A DNA stretch of 32,832 nucleotides from Bacteroidales bacterium (lineage in GTDB: Bacteria; Bacteroidota; Bacteroidia; Bacteroidales; UBA12077): assembly GCA_028282585.1 (NCBI GenBank), contig JANQHR010000063.1:1-32832 (forward strand), given 5' to 3'. The first letter of the stretch is position 1. Each line of letters starts with the position of its first letter. Shown here piece by piece: positions 8,648-17,967 of this stretch. Below the pieces are notes generated by a model. It was not told the DNA's origin and ran no database searches. It was given only the letters and a program-made list of their open reading frames with translations. The translations under genes were made by a program, and so were the position numbers.

Positions 8648-10131
8648 TATAAAAAGCCTCCACTCTTTTTTTTCTTAGATTCCAAATAACCATTGATTTC
8701 AGAAATTTCATGGATTATTTCTGTATAAGAAATATTGGTAAAATATTCTATCCAAATTTTATTTGCAAGGTTAAGATCAATCTTATCTTTATTGCTAAAA
8801 TTTTTATTTGCCAGTTTCCACCCTTCCTTATATTCTAATAGATTCGCTTTTTTAAGCTCAGTTTCTATATTGTTATAGAATTTAGATTTTATATTTCCTA
8901 GAAAAAGATCCCATGCAGGGGAATTAGGAAGAGGGTACAACTTGCTGACCTCTATACTAATTGCATTTCTAAAACCTGAAAGCCACTGAATAAAACTAAT
9001 TGTTTTATTTAAATCATCCTTAGTTTCACCTAAAGCACCTAGAATAAAAGAAGCATGTAATTGAAAATTATAATCTGCAATTTTTTGAATTGCTTGTTTG
9101 TTAATATCAGTTGTATAGTAACCTTTTCTCAGTTGCTTAAGTGTATATTCACTTCCTGTTTCCAAACCAACAATTATTCTTTTAACATGCAGCTTTTCAA
9201 AATCATCTAAAATATCATTATCCTTCACAATATTATCTGCTCGAGAATATACAATTAGTTCAATATCGGAGTTCTTATACCAATCAGGTATGGACTTTAC
9301 TAATTCTTTTCTATATTTCTTCAAGCCCCCGAAGTTATCACAAACTTCAAAAAACAGATTCGCTTGTAATTCTTGATTATAATGCTTTATTAATTCCCAT
9401 AAATTTTCAGGTGTTCCATACTCAGGTTTCAGTGAATAAATGCTGCAATACAAACAATGGTTTTTAAAATTTGTACAACCTTGCGCATTATTTACTGTAA
9501 GTGGAAAAATATTTTTACCATGATATTCTCCAAAATCATTATTATAGTTTTCACTATATCTCTTTAATTGATCTCCCCCTAATAAATTAAAATCTGGAAG
9601 TATTTTATTAAAAGAAGTTTTTTGAATTTGCTTTGACTGCTTAACAATACTTCCTTCTCTATAGAATAAATTACTTGTCTCGCTGAAATCGTTTGACTCT
9701 ATTGCAGCAACTAAATTACAAAAATCAAAACCTCCATTTTCTCCTTGAATAACATAATCAACATACTCTCTTTTATTTAGAATTAATTCAGGAAAAAAAG
9801 ACACATGATCATTTCCAAGAACTATATATTTTACACCTACTTCTTTTGAATATTTTGAAATTTCAAGGGCATTCTCATATGTAGAAGTTAATGTGCTAAT
9901 TCCCAAAATTTCCGGTTTGAATTCCTTTATCTGATCTTTTACGAGGTTGAAATTTTGAATTTCAGCATCAATAATCTTAACATTTATATAAGGAAATGTT
10001 GCCTTTAATTCAGATCCAATTTTCACCAATCCTAATGGAGGATAACATGAATAATTAACTGTTGGATTATATTTATCCCCAATCTCTTTTATTGAAGAAT
10101 TTAATAACAATACCTTTTTAATAAACCCCAT
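8647..10131 (-). CDS. Cobalamin-binding-domain radical SAM protein (class B methylase-like)
   Basis: N-terminal B12-binding motifs PPLGL, KPEILGIS, IVLGNDHVS and DYVIQGE. Cluster motif GCTNFKNHCLYC. Barrel motifs IIVGLETGS and SFILGALGET. Confidence 0.92.
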   Translation of the reverse strand: MGFIKKVLLLNSSIKEIGDKYNPTVNYSCYPPLGLVKIGSELKATFPYINVKIIDAEIQNFNLVKDQIKEFKPEILGISTLTSTYENALEISKYSKEVGVKYIVLGNDHVSFFPELILNKREYVDYVIQGENGGFDFCNLVAAIESNDFSETSNLFYREGSIVKQSKQIQKTSFNKILPDFNLLGGDQLKRYSENYNNDFGEYHGKNIFPLTVNNAQGCTNFKNHCLYCSIYSLKPEYGTPENLWELIKHYNQELQANLFFEVCDNFGGLKKYRKELVKSIPDWYKNSDIELIVYSRADNIVKDNDILDDFEKLHVKRIIVGLETGSEYTLKQLRKGYYTTDINKQAIQKIADYNFQLHASFILGALGETKDDLNKTISFIQWLSGFRNAISIEVSKLYPLPNSPAWDLFLGNIKSKFYNNIETELKKANLLEYKEGWKLANKNFSNKDKIDLNLANKIWIEYFTNISYTEIIHEISEINGYLESKKKKSGGFL

Positions 10132-11288
10132 TATAATTTTTGAATAGTATCTTTTTCTACAACAAATAATATCTCTCGCTTTAAATTTTTGTACCTCCAG
10201 ATACTTATTGGCTTATTTACATCCCCATTTTCATCGAAAGTAATAATTCCACTAGTTCCTTTATAATTGTTTGTTTTATTTAGCCTTTCAATAAAATCAT
10301 CTTGCCCATTACTATTCCCGTATGCATTCAACAAAATATTCGTAGCATCATATATTTCACATGCAAAAATTCCAGGATAATTACCATAAGATTTGTTGAA
10401 CTCCTTCATGAATTCCATTCGCACATCACCTATATAACCTTCAGGAAGGGACGTAGAGGAATAATACATATCGTTAATAGCTGTTCCTGCAAGTTCTAGA
10501 ACTCTTTCATCTTCAGCACTTTGATAAGAAAGCAATTGAACATCTTTATTTGCTTCACGTATTTGCTTGGCTATAAGACCAATATCTTGTGAAACACCAG
10601 ATATATATAGAGCATCAGGATTATTTTGTAATGCTTTTTGAATAATGTTTTTGAAATCGATAATATTTTCTTGAAACAATACCTTATCAATTACTTTATG
10701 ATCCAAATCATTATAATATTTTTCAAAAGAGTTGGCATATGATAAAGTACCTGCAGCTTGATTTGCAATTATAGCAATTCTTAAATTGTTAAATCTACTT
10801 TTAACAAATTTTGAAAAAGCAATAGTCTCGATGTTATCTGCGTTAATTGTTCTAAAAACATATTCTCCAGCATTTGAAATATCTACACTTGTTGATGATG
10901 GACTTATAATCGGTACCTTCCCTCTGTTTGCCAATGGACTAATTGACAATACTTCTGGACTGGTAATGGGACCGAGTATTCCAATAACTTTATCTATTTC
11001 AATTAATTTTTTACAAATATTTACAGCTTTTGACGATTGACCTTGACTATCTTCAAAAACTACTATAATTTTTTTTCCATTAAGACCGCCTTGATTGTTT
11101 AATTGCTCTACAGCTAATTCAACAGCTTTTCTTGTATCTACACCATAACTAGCTAAATTACCCGTTAAAGGCAAAATTGCTCCAATCTTAACTGTTCTCT
11201 CTGACTCATTATTTTTTGAACTATTTCTGCAATTTTGAAACATTAGAATTGCGCAGGAAATTGTTACTATTATAATTAATTTTTTCAT
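10131..11288 (-). CDS. Branched-chain-amino-acid-type (LivJ/LivK, PBP type 1) ABC substrate-binding lipoprotein
   Basis: Signal peptide ending FQN-C20; VKIGAILPLTG, GGLNGKKI, EDSQ, ILGPITS, YVFRT, YDATNIL and GIITFDENGD. Confidence 0.93.
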   Translation of the reverse strand: MKKLIIIVTISCAILMFQNCRNSSKNNESERTVKIGAILPLTGNLASYGVDTRKAVELAVEQLNNQGGLNGKKIIVVFEDSQGQSSKAVNICKKLIEIDKVIGILGPITSPEVLSISPLANRGKVPIISPSSTSVDISNAGEYVFRTINADNIETIAFSKFVKSRFNNLRIAIIANQAAGTLSYANSFEKYYNDLDHKVIDKVLFQENIIDFKNIIQKALQNNPDALYISGVSQDIGLIAKQIREANKDVQLLSYQSAEDERVLELAGTAINDMYYSSTSLPEGYIGDVRMEFMKEFNKSYGNYPGIFACEIYDATNILLNAYGNSNGQDDFIERLNKTNNYKGTSGIITFDENGDVNKPISIWRYKNLKREILFVVEKDTIQKL

Positions 11289-11360
11289 ACTATGTTTGCT
11301 TTACATTATGATGATATTAACTCAGTATTATTAAATTTTGTTAAAATTCTTTCAACTTAT

Positions 11361-12068
11361 TTAGAAAAAAAGATTACTGACTTCTCCTATTGATAAAGAA
11401 TTATTCGACTCAAAGTTCTCTTCAATTTCACCAGATTTAATTAGCACTATTCTCTCAGAAAACTCAATTGCTCTAGTAACATTTTGTTCTATTAGTATTA
11501 TGCCTAACTTTCTCTCTTGTTTTAGTTTAATTAGGATTTCATACGTTTCACTCATTAAGGCTGGCGATAGTCCTGCGCTTGGCTCATCCAAAATAAGAAA
11601 TTTAGGGTTGCGGATCAATACCATTGCTAACGCCAATTGATGCCTTAATCCTCCACTTAAATATCCTGCTTCTTTTTTTAATTCCTTCTTATGTAAAAAA
11701 GTGAAATATTTTGACAATTTTTCAACTTGATTTTCCAGATCTTTTCGTTTTAGTTCATTTCCTGCCATTATCAAATTTTCATAAGTGCTTAGATGAGGAA
11801 ATACCTCACCTCCTTGCATAAAATAGCCTATCCCTGATTTTATAATTTCAGATGTATTTTTTCTTGACATGTCAGTACCGTTAAATATTACTTTCCCAGA
11901 AAAGTAAGGAAGCATGCCAAGAATGACTTTAGCGATAGTACTTTTACCAGCTCCATTTTGACCAATAACAGAAACTGACTCACCAGGTAATACAGTCAGG
12001 TTGATATTTCTAATTATATCTTGATCCTTTAGGTAACCACCTGTTATATTTTGTAATTCGAGTTTCAT
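11361..12068 (-). CDS. livF: LivF-like ABC ATPase
   Basis: Walker A GQNGAGKST, signature LSGG, Walker B LILDEPSAGLSP, and IEQN switch; 235 aa. Confidence 0.9.
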   Translation of the reverse strand: MKLELQNITGGYLKDQDIIRNINLTVLPGESVSVIGQNGAGKSTIAKVILGMLPYFSGKVIFNGTDMSRKNTSEIIKSGIGYFMQGGEVFPHLSTYENLIMAGNELKRKDLENQVEKLSKYFTFLHKKELKKEAGYLSGGLRHQLALAMVLIRNPKFLILDEPSAGLSPALMSETYEILIKLKQERKLGIILIEQNVTRAIEFSERIVLIKSGEIEENFESNNSLSIGEVSNLFF

Positions 12069-12880
12069 ACTCCTAAATAATTCTTTTGTACGAATTCATT
12101 TCCTAATACTTTTGAAGGTGTACCCTGCATATTAATTTTGCCATTATCAAGGAAAAAACAATTGTGAGCTGTTTTTCGTACAAAATTCATATTATGCTCT
12201 ATTAAGAATACGGTCATTCCATTTTCCAAAACCATCTGTTTAATTATTTCTGAGATAAAATCATTTAATGCAGGATTTATACCTGCAGTTGGTTCATCAA
12301 GTAATACAAGTTTATAATCTGACATGAAAAGTCTTATTAAGCCTATAAGTCTTTTCTGACCAAAAGATAAGGATGATGCTTTATCGTTTAGTTTTGATAA
12401 AAGTTCATGAGATTTTCCAAATAAATGAGCTATTGTTTCAGTAGCTTTTTGGGTCAGTACTTTTTCTGACTCTTTTACTCTCTTTACATTAAATATTGCT
12501 TCAAATGGGTTTCCTTTTAAAACATTTTTATCAGCAATGATTAGATTCTCTAATACAGTAAGAGTTGGAAATATATGATTATCTTGGAATAGTCTTCCAA
12601 TTCCTAAATGTTCGCGTTTATATGGAGGTATTTCCGAAAGGTTTGTTGTTTTTGAATTGTGAAAATAAATATTGCCACTATCCTCTTTTAAAAAGCCTGA
12701 AAGAATATTAAATAAGGTGGTCTTACCGGTAGCATTCCCTCCAATAAGTGCGGATATTGTATTTTCAGGAATTGAAATATTCAGATTTGACAAAAGATTA
12801 TAAGTTTCATCATCTTTTCCATACTTCCCTTTGGAAAAGCTCTTGTATAATTCTTTTATTTCTAAAATATTTCTTGCCAT
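12065..12880 (-). CDS. livG: LivG-like ABC ATPase
   Basis: Walker A GGNATGKTT, GIGRLFQ, LSFGQKR, LLDEPTAG, IEHNM and C-terminal NYLG. ATGA overlap with livF. Confidence 0.9.
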   Translation of the reverse strand: MARNILEIKELYKSFSKGKYGKDDETYNLLSNLNISIPENTISALIGGNATGKTTLFNILSGFLKEDSGNIYFHNSKTTNLSEIPPYKREHLGIGRLFQDNHIFPTLTVLENLIIADKNVLKGNPFEAIFNVKRVKESEKVLTQKATETIAHLFGKSHELLSKLNDKASSLSFGQKRLIGLIRLFMSDYKLVLLDEPTAGINPALNDFISEIIKQMVLENGMTVFLIEHNMNFVRKTAHNCFFLDNGKINMQGTPSKVLGNEFVQKNYLGV

Positions 12881-12881
12881 C

Positions 12882-13751
12882 TTAAAATTTATAAACTCCA
12901 GCTAATCCCTGGCTTCTATATCTCATGATTATTACCAATGTTAAACCATAAATTATCATTCGCATATTAGCAGCAATACTATCCGGTAACCCAACAAACC
13001 TTAGCAATTCCGGGAGTGCAACTACAAAAATAGCTCCAATAATTGGTCCTTTTATATTTCCAGTACCACCAATAAGGACGGCTGAGATGATAAAAATTGA
13101 TTCATCTAAATTGTAACTTGTAGGATCAATATAGCTAATATAACTCGCATAAATAAAACCACTAATTGCAGCAAAAGAACTTGATATCACAAACGATTGA
13201 ATTTTTAATTTTGTGATATTCTTACCTAATGCAATCATGGATATGCTGTCATCTCTTAAACCTTTTAAATCCCTACCAAAGGGAGATTTAATTAATCTGT
13301 GAAAGAAAAATATTGTAATGGCTGAAAAAGCTGTGCTAACCATTAGAAAGGATTCTATTCCTTTTATTTCTATATAACCGAATAATTTTGGGGAAGGAAT
13401 CCCTGGTATTCCGTATGGACCCATAGTGACTGCAATCCAATTGTTTAAAATCGTGAAGACTATAATTTGAATGCCTAGAGTTGCCAGAATAAAATAATCA
13501 CCTTCCATTTTTAATGAGATATATCCAACGATTATTGCAAAAAGGAGAGTTATAACAATGGCTAATATTACACTTGGGAAAAAAGAAAGTCCAAGTGTTT
13601 TCAATGCTAGTGCTGTAACATATGCTCCTATGCCATAGAATGCTGCTTGCCCAATTGATAATAAATTTGATAATCCCACCATAAGATTTGTACTTACAGT
13701 AAGTATCAGATATATGTTTATCATTATTAATAGATGCAATACATAATTCAT
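12882..13751 (-). CDS. livM: LivM-like ABC permease
   Basis: SIGQAAFYGIGAY, GDYFILATL, GPYGI, SPFGR, IGGTG and LPELLR; multiple TM helices. Confidence 0.9.
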   Translation of the reverse strand: MNYVLHLLIMINIYLILTVSTNLMVGLSNLLSIGQAAFYGIGAYVTALALKTLGLSFFPSVILAIVITLLFAIIVGYISLKMEGDYFILATLGIQIIVFTILNNWIAVTMGPYGIPGIPSPKLFGYIEIKGIESFLMVSTAFSAITIFFFHRLIKSPFGRDLKGLRDDSISMIALGKNITKLKIQSFVISSSFAAISGFIYASYISYIDPTSYNLDESIFIISAVLIGGTGNIKGPIIGAIFVVALPELLRFVGLPDSIAANMRMIIYGLTLVIIMRYRSQGLAGVYKF

Positions 13752-13752
13752 A

Positions 13753-14622
13753 CTATACCAATCTTTGTTTTTCTCCGAACAAACCTTGTGGTCTGAATAT
13801 TAGAAATATTATAAGAATACTGAATGTCATTAAATCTTGCCAGTTAGCGGAGAACTTCCAGACAACTAATGATTGTAATAATCCTATAAAAATACCTCCA
13901 AATAGGGGGGCATGAAACTTCCCAATTCCGCCAATTATTAGAGCGACAACTGCGTTAAGAAACATCGGCATTCCTATATAAGGATCCATTCCTACATCTA
14001 AAGAAATAAGTATACCTCCAATTGCAGCAAATGCTCCACTTAAAGCATATAAACTAAGTCTGAATTTTGGCACATTTAAAGCAAAAACATTACAAAGTGT
14101 AACATTGTCTCTCATTGCCCTTGTTTTAATTCCAAACTTGCTGTATTTGAGAAATACCATAAATCCAGAAATGGCAAGAGTGCTAATTACTAGTTGAGTA
14201 AATTGCTTATATGTGATAATGATGTTACCTAATGAAATCGTGTTTGAGATTGAAGAACTCAAAATCTTAGTATCATTACCGTAGATTAATGCGATAACAT
14301 TTATTCCGACTATCATTAAACCTATTGAGCTAATCATTATGACATTGAGTGAACTTTTTTTCTTGATAAGAGGTCTGTAAATGATTAATTCAATCAGAAC
14401 ACTGATTAATACTATACAAACAATAGCAGCAACTGAACTTAGAACTAAAGGATATCCAGCTTGCGAATAAAAGGAATAAACCAGGTAAGGAGCAATCATA
14501 TATAAAATAGCAAATGCTATATGGAATATCCGCGTAGTATTATAAACAATCGCAAATCCTAAAGCTACCATAGCATAAATTGCTCCGTTTATAAATCCAT
14601 TTATGAGAAACTGAGTTAGCAT
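13753..14622 (-). CDS. livH: LivH-like ABC permease
   Basis: QFLING..GAIYAMVALGFAIVY, SKFG..RA, IIGGIG and RPQGLFG. Confidence 0.9.
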   Translation of the reverse strand: MLTQFLINGFINGAIYAMVALGFAIVYNTTRIFHIAFAILYMIAPYLVYSFYSQAGYPLVLSSVAAIVCIVLISVLIELIIYRPLIKKKSSLNVIMISSIGLMIVGINVIALIYGNDTKILSSSISNTISLGNIIITYKQFTQLVISTLAISGFMVFLKYSKFGIKTRAMRDNVTLCNVFALNVPKFRLSLYALSGAFAAIGGILISLDVGMDPYIGMPMFLNAVVALIIGGIGKFHAPLFGGIFIGLLQSLVVWKFSANWQDLMTFSILIIFLIFRPQGLFGEKQRLV

Positions 14623-14638
14623 TGCTAGTTTTATTTTA

Positions 14639-14917
14639 TTAATAGTGTTTCAAAAATTCCTTAATTCCTTCTTTTAAATATTTTAAATCTCCTAGCTCTA
14701 CTAAAAGGAACGATTTTATAAATTCTATTTCAATTTCTTTCTCAGGTTTATCAAGTGATTTAGCCAGTAAAGGAATCATCTCTGGAGTTGGTTTTCTCTC
14801 ATTTCTCTCAATTTTACTAAGTATAGATGTATCTATGTCAAGCATGGCAGCAACTTTTCTAAGTGGCATTTTTTCTTCTTCCCTAATTGATCTAATATAT
14901 TCTCCAAACGTTTTCAT
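14639..14917 (-). CDS. XRE-family (HTH_3) transcriptional regulator heading the operon
   Basis: TFGEYIRSIREEEKMPLRKVAAMLDIDTSILSKIERNERKP; 92 aa. Confidence 0.92.
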   Translation of the reverse strand: MKTFGEYIRSIREEEKMPLRKVAAMLDIDTSILSKIERNERKPTPEMIPLLAKSLDKPEKEIEIEFIKSFLLVELGDLKYLKEGIKEFLKHY

Positions 14918-14946
14918 CTTGACGATTTTGTTTTGATGATTACTTC

Positions 14947-14954
14947 CAAATGTA
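14947..14954 (-). promoter_or_regulatory. Bacteroidota -7 promoter element for the minus-strand operon
   Basis: Minus-strand TACATTTG matches TAnnTTTG about 30 bp upstream of the XRE start codon. Confidence 0.6.
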
Positions 14955-15120
14955 CAGAAAATCTAATAGCTTAATAACATATTGTGATTATTTTCTTCAA
15001 CATATTTGTATGAATGACAGGCGTTAGGATATTTCATATATACATTGAACGAGTGCTACATGATTATCAAGTTTTATTCTGGACTAATTAAGGTTAACTC
15101 AAAATATCTATTTTTGTGGT

Positions 15121-15447
15121 ATGGCTAAGACTTATGATAATAGTAAAATTAGACTAACCAATGGGGAAGATATTGTCTTGAAAGATTTTTTCCATAAAAA
15201 CTATCCGGTATTTAGTTCTTTTGCCTCTAAATATATTTCCAATAAAGATCTTTGTGAAGATTTTGCTCAAGATATTTTAATAAAATTCTGGGAAAGCAAG
15301 CAAACCTTTCTTAGCATACACTGTAAAAGCTTATTTTAATAAATCAATCCTAAATTCATGTCTCGACCACATTAAGCATGAAAAGGTAAAAGACAAATAC
15401 ATTAACTATAAAATCTTGAATAAAGATATATCATATTGTAAATCGTA
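15121..15447 (+). pseudogene. ECF sigma-70 factor (Bacteroides expansion family), frameshifted and truncated
   Basis: Region 2 motifs FASKY..EDFAQDILIKFWE. After a frameshift near 15320 it continues KAYFNKSILNSCLDHIKHEKV, then runs into repeat copy 2. Region 4 is absent. Confidence 0.85.
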
Positions 15448-15564
15448 CTTATATTCAGAAAAGTAGAAATCTTTTTTCTTCTGTGGTATCTTTCTGGTAA
15501 CCCTATAATTATTGTTGTTTTAGAACGCAATAAATTATATCCAAATGTATTAAATTTTATTGAA
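15448..15564. repeat. Direct repeat, copy 2 (~117 bp)
   Basis: Same orientation as 1052-1167 and roughly 90% identical by manual alignment. Confidence 0.95.
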
Positions 15565-16395
15565 TGATTTAGGAGGGAAATACTTTTTTACTGATTATCA
15601 TTTTTATGATTGATACATATTTATAGCAGGGTACAACAAGATATCTTGAAATGATATCATTAAAATTTAATTAAATATATTCAGACGCTATTGTCTTTTA
15701 ATTTTATTATTCATAACTTGTGTATTGAAAATTAATTACTAATGTCCTCATACATAATTATAAGATGTTAACGATCCGCCTCTATACGTATGGAACCAGT
15801 TTTAAGGTTATTCACCAGTTCTTACCTCCAGATAGCCTAAATAATAAATTCCCATATCTGAATAGAACCTTAGAAACCCTCAAGATTCATAGATGAAATG
15901 TTAATATGATTTACTTGGATTTTAGCAATATAGAGATCTCTGGTTCAATATTTTAAAGTGCAAATAACCCAGTTTTAGGTTATACAAACGTTAGCAAGCA
16001 TTAGAAAAAAATAATAAAATTATGGAAGAAAATAAATATCAGAAGATAAACAAGCAAATACCACTGGATATGGTTATAATTTAAATAATCAACAAAGATT
16101 TGAACTAATTTTAAAAGGCTTTCTATTAGAAAACTATAATAATCAAGGGTTCAATTTTTTTAAAACTAAACTATTTATAATACAATGATGCGATTTGCGC
16201 CAAACATTACCATAGTGAAAGTTGGAGAATTGGGTATTTAGGTCAACCTGAAATTCTAAAACACTATTAAGGTCAAGAATATACCTGTAGTAGTGCCTAT
16301 GGTTATCTTTTAAATCAAGGTGGTCTTTTTTTAAGCATGTAAAGTTAGGTAGTAACAAATTCTTAAACAATTACACATCTTTTAATGTAAAACAA

Positions 16396-16929
16396 ATGAA
16401 GAAATATTTCATATTATTAATGATAGTTCTAATTAGCCTAAACGCTTATTCTCAAACAGTCAATTTAGATGGAATAAGTTTTGGTACAGGAGTTTTAGTA
16501 GAATCAGATGAAAATTTTCTTGATGGTGGTTACTTTGAACTTGGATATTCAAAAATAAAAATGACCAAATCAGGATTATTTTACAGTAATGGAACTGAAT
16601 TTTTAGGAAGAGTACGTTTCCAGAACTCTAAATCTGGCAATTCAATTGGAATTATAACTGGTTTCAAATATCACTTTCTGGGTTCTTTGCTTTCTTTGGG
16701 ATCAGATGTTGAGTATGTTAAATCAATCTCATCAAAAGGAGGAGATTTAAACATTAGCCCTAACCTCCAATTGAATATGTTCACACCAGAATTGTCTGTC
16801 GTTTGTAATTATTCAATAAACTTAACTTCGAACTCAACTAGTGAACAAGGTAGGTTTTTATTAGGCTTACGTTATGTCTATGCTTTCGATAAAGGCAACA
16901 GATTTTTAGATTATAAGAACAAAAAATAA
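16396..16929 (+). CDS. Secreted/outer-membrane beta-barrel-like hypothetical protein
   Basis: Sec signal MKKYFILLMIVLISLNAYS-Q, alternating amphipathic strands, and RFLLGLRYVYAF near the C-terminus. Confidence 0.75.
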   Translation: MKKYFILLMIVLISLNAYSQTVNLDGISFGTGVLVESDENFLDGGYFELGYSKIKMTKSGLFYSNGTEFLGRVRFQNSKSGNSIGIITGFKYHFLGSLLSLGSDVEYVKSISSKGGDLNISPNLQLNMFTPELSVVCNYSINLTSNSTSEQGRFLLGLRYVYAFDKGNRFLDYKNKK

Positions 16930-17127
16930 CATTTTATAAAGAATATAATGTATAGGTTTCCTACGGGACGGCAATACACAAATAAAGACCGTTGATCTTT
17001 TATTCCACAAGCGTGGAACTTTTTCCATTTGTGTAACTCCCAGTAAAAAGATAGAAATTGCCTTTAGCTTGTATTAAAATAACTTTAGAAAATAAGAACA
17101 ATCATATATAAACCAAAATAAGTTATC

Positions 17128-17835
17128 ATGGAAAGACGCAAATTTATTGAAATAGCTGGAGGTATTTATGAAAACAATAAATACTATACACAATGGTCTG
17201 GAGCAGAAAAGGCAAAACATTTTTGGAACTTTTTTGATTCAAGTGGAGATGAGTATATTCATTCTGTTTATGCTGGAGTTACAGTTGATTTATTGCGTCG
17301 TAAAAAGATGTATAGTATAGAACATATTGTACCTAAGTCATTTATAAAAAAGTATCTAGCTTTAAAAGGTAACAAGGAGACAATAATAAAAGGAGCTACA
17401 ACAAATCCATTGAATTTTGCGGCAGCTCATAGGAAAATAAATTCTGCAAGGTTGAATTTTCCATTTGATGTGGAGGGAGACAAAATTATTAGAAGTTATA
17501 ATATAAAACTGGAAGGTATCTATTCTGATTATGGATTAGATAGTGAAAAAGAATGGGTTATACCAATAAGGACACAAGGGGATATTGCACGCTCTATATT
17601 ATATATGTGTTTGTTATATAATATTGAAGAATTATATGGCGAGCACTTGAATGTATACCGAAATTGGGCAAAATTGGATCCGCCAAATATATGGGAATTG
17701 AAGTATAATGATTGGATATATAAAAAGTTTAAAATTCGAAATCCTCTTGTAGCTGACTACAGCCACCCTAAAGAGTCATTTGAGCTATTAAATGATGAAG
17801 AGTTAATGAGTTCATTACTATTAAAAGATAACTGA
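17128..17835 (+). CDS. Endonuclease I family (His-Me finger; EndA/Bsn-like) nuclease
   Basis: SIEHIVPKS, INSARLNFPF, QGDIARSILYM, W..LDPP..WE and RNPLV. Confidence 0.9.
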   Translation: MERRKFIEIAGGIYENNKYYTQWSGAEKAKHFWNFFDSSGDEYIHSVYAGVTVDLLRRKKMYSIEHIVPKSFIKKYLALKGNKETIIKGATTNPLNFAAAHRKINSARLNFPFDVEGDKIIRSYNIKLEGIYSDYGLDSEKEWVIPIRTQGDIARSILYMCLLYNIEELYGEHLNVYRNWAKLDPPNIWELKYNDWIYKKFKIRNPLVADYSHPKESFELLNDEELMSSLLLKDN

Positions 17836-17967
17836 AAAATTCTTTGGATGAATGACCAATTAAAAAACTTGGTTTTAAACTCTTTGATTACGGGATATGT
17901 CAATTATACAGTAGCGAAATAATCAAATGTTTGTATTATACAACCCTTAGCACACAATAGCAAAAAA

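Noticed and set aside
1334-11040. Short plus-strand ORFs (1334, 5979, 10302, 10786)
   Set aside because: Antisense shadows of long, motif-bearing minus-strand genes.
8647-14622. Radical SAM plus ABC transporter as a RiPP cluster
   Set aside because: No precursor peptide, SPASM/RRE domain or peptidase is visible, and the transporter is an SBP-dependent importer rather than an exporter.
15637-15660. Palindromes CAAGATATCTTG and ATGATATCAT
   Set aside because: Short and AT-rich with no gene to regulate; could be chance.
16022-16370. Short broken plus-strand frame at 16022 and ORF 16143..16370 (-)
   Set aside because: No recognisable motifs; at most a decayed cassette.
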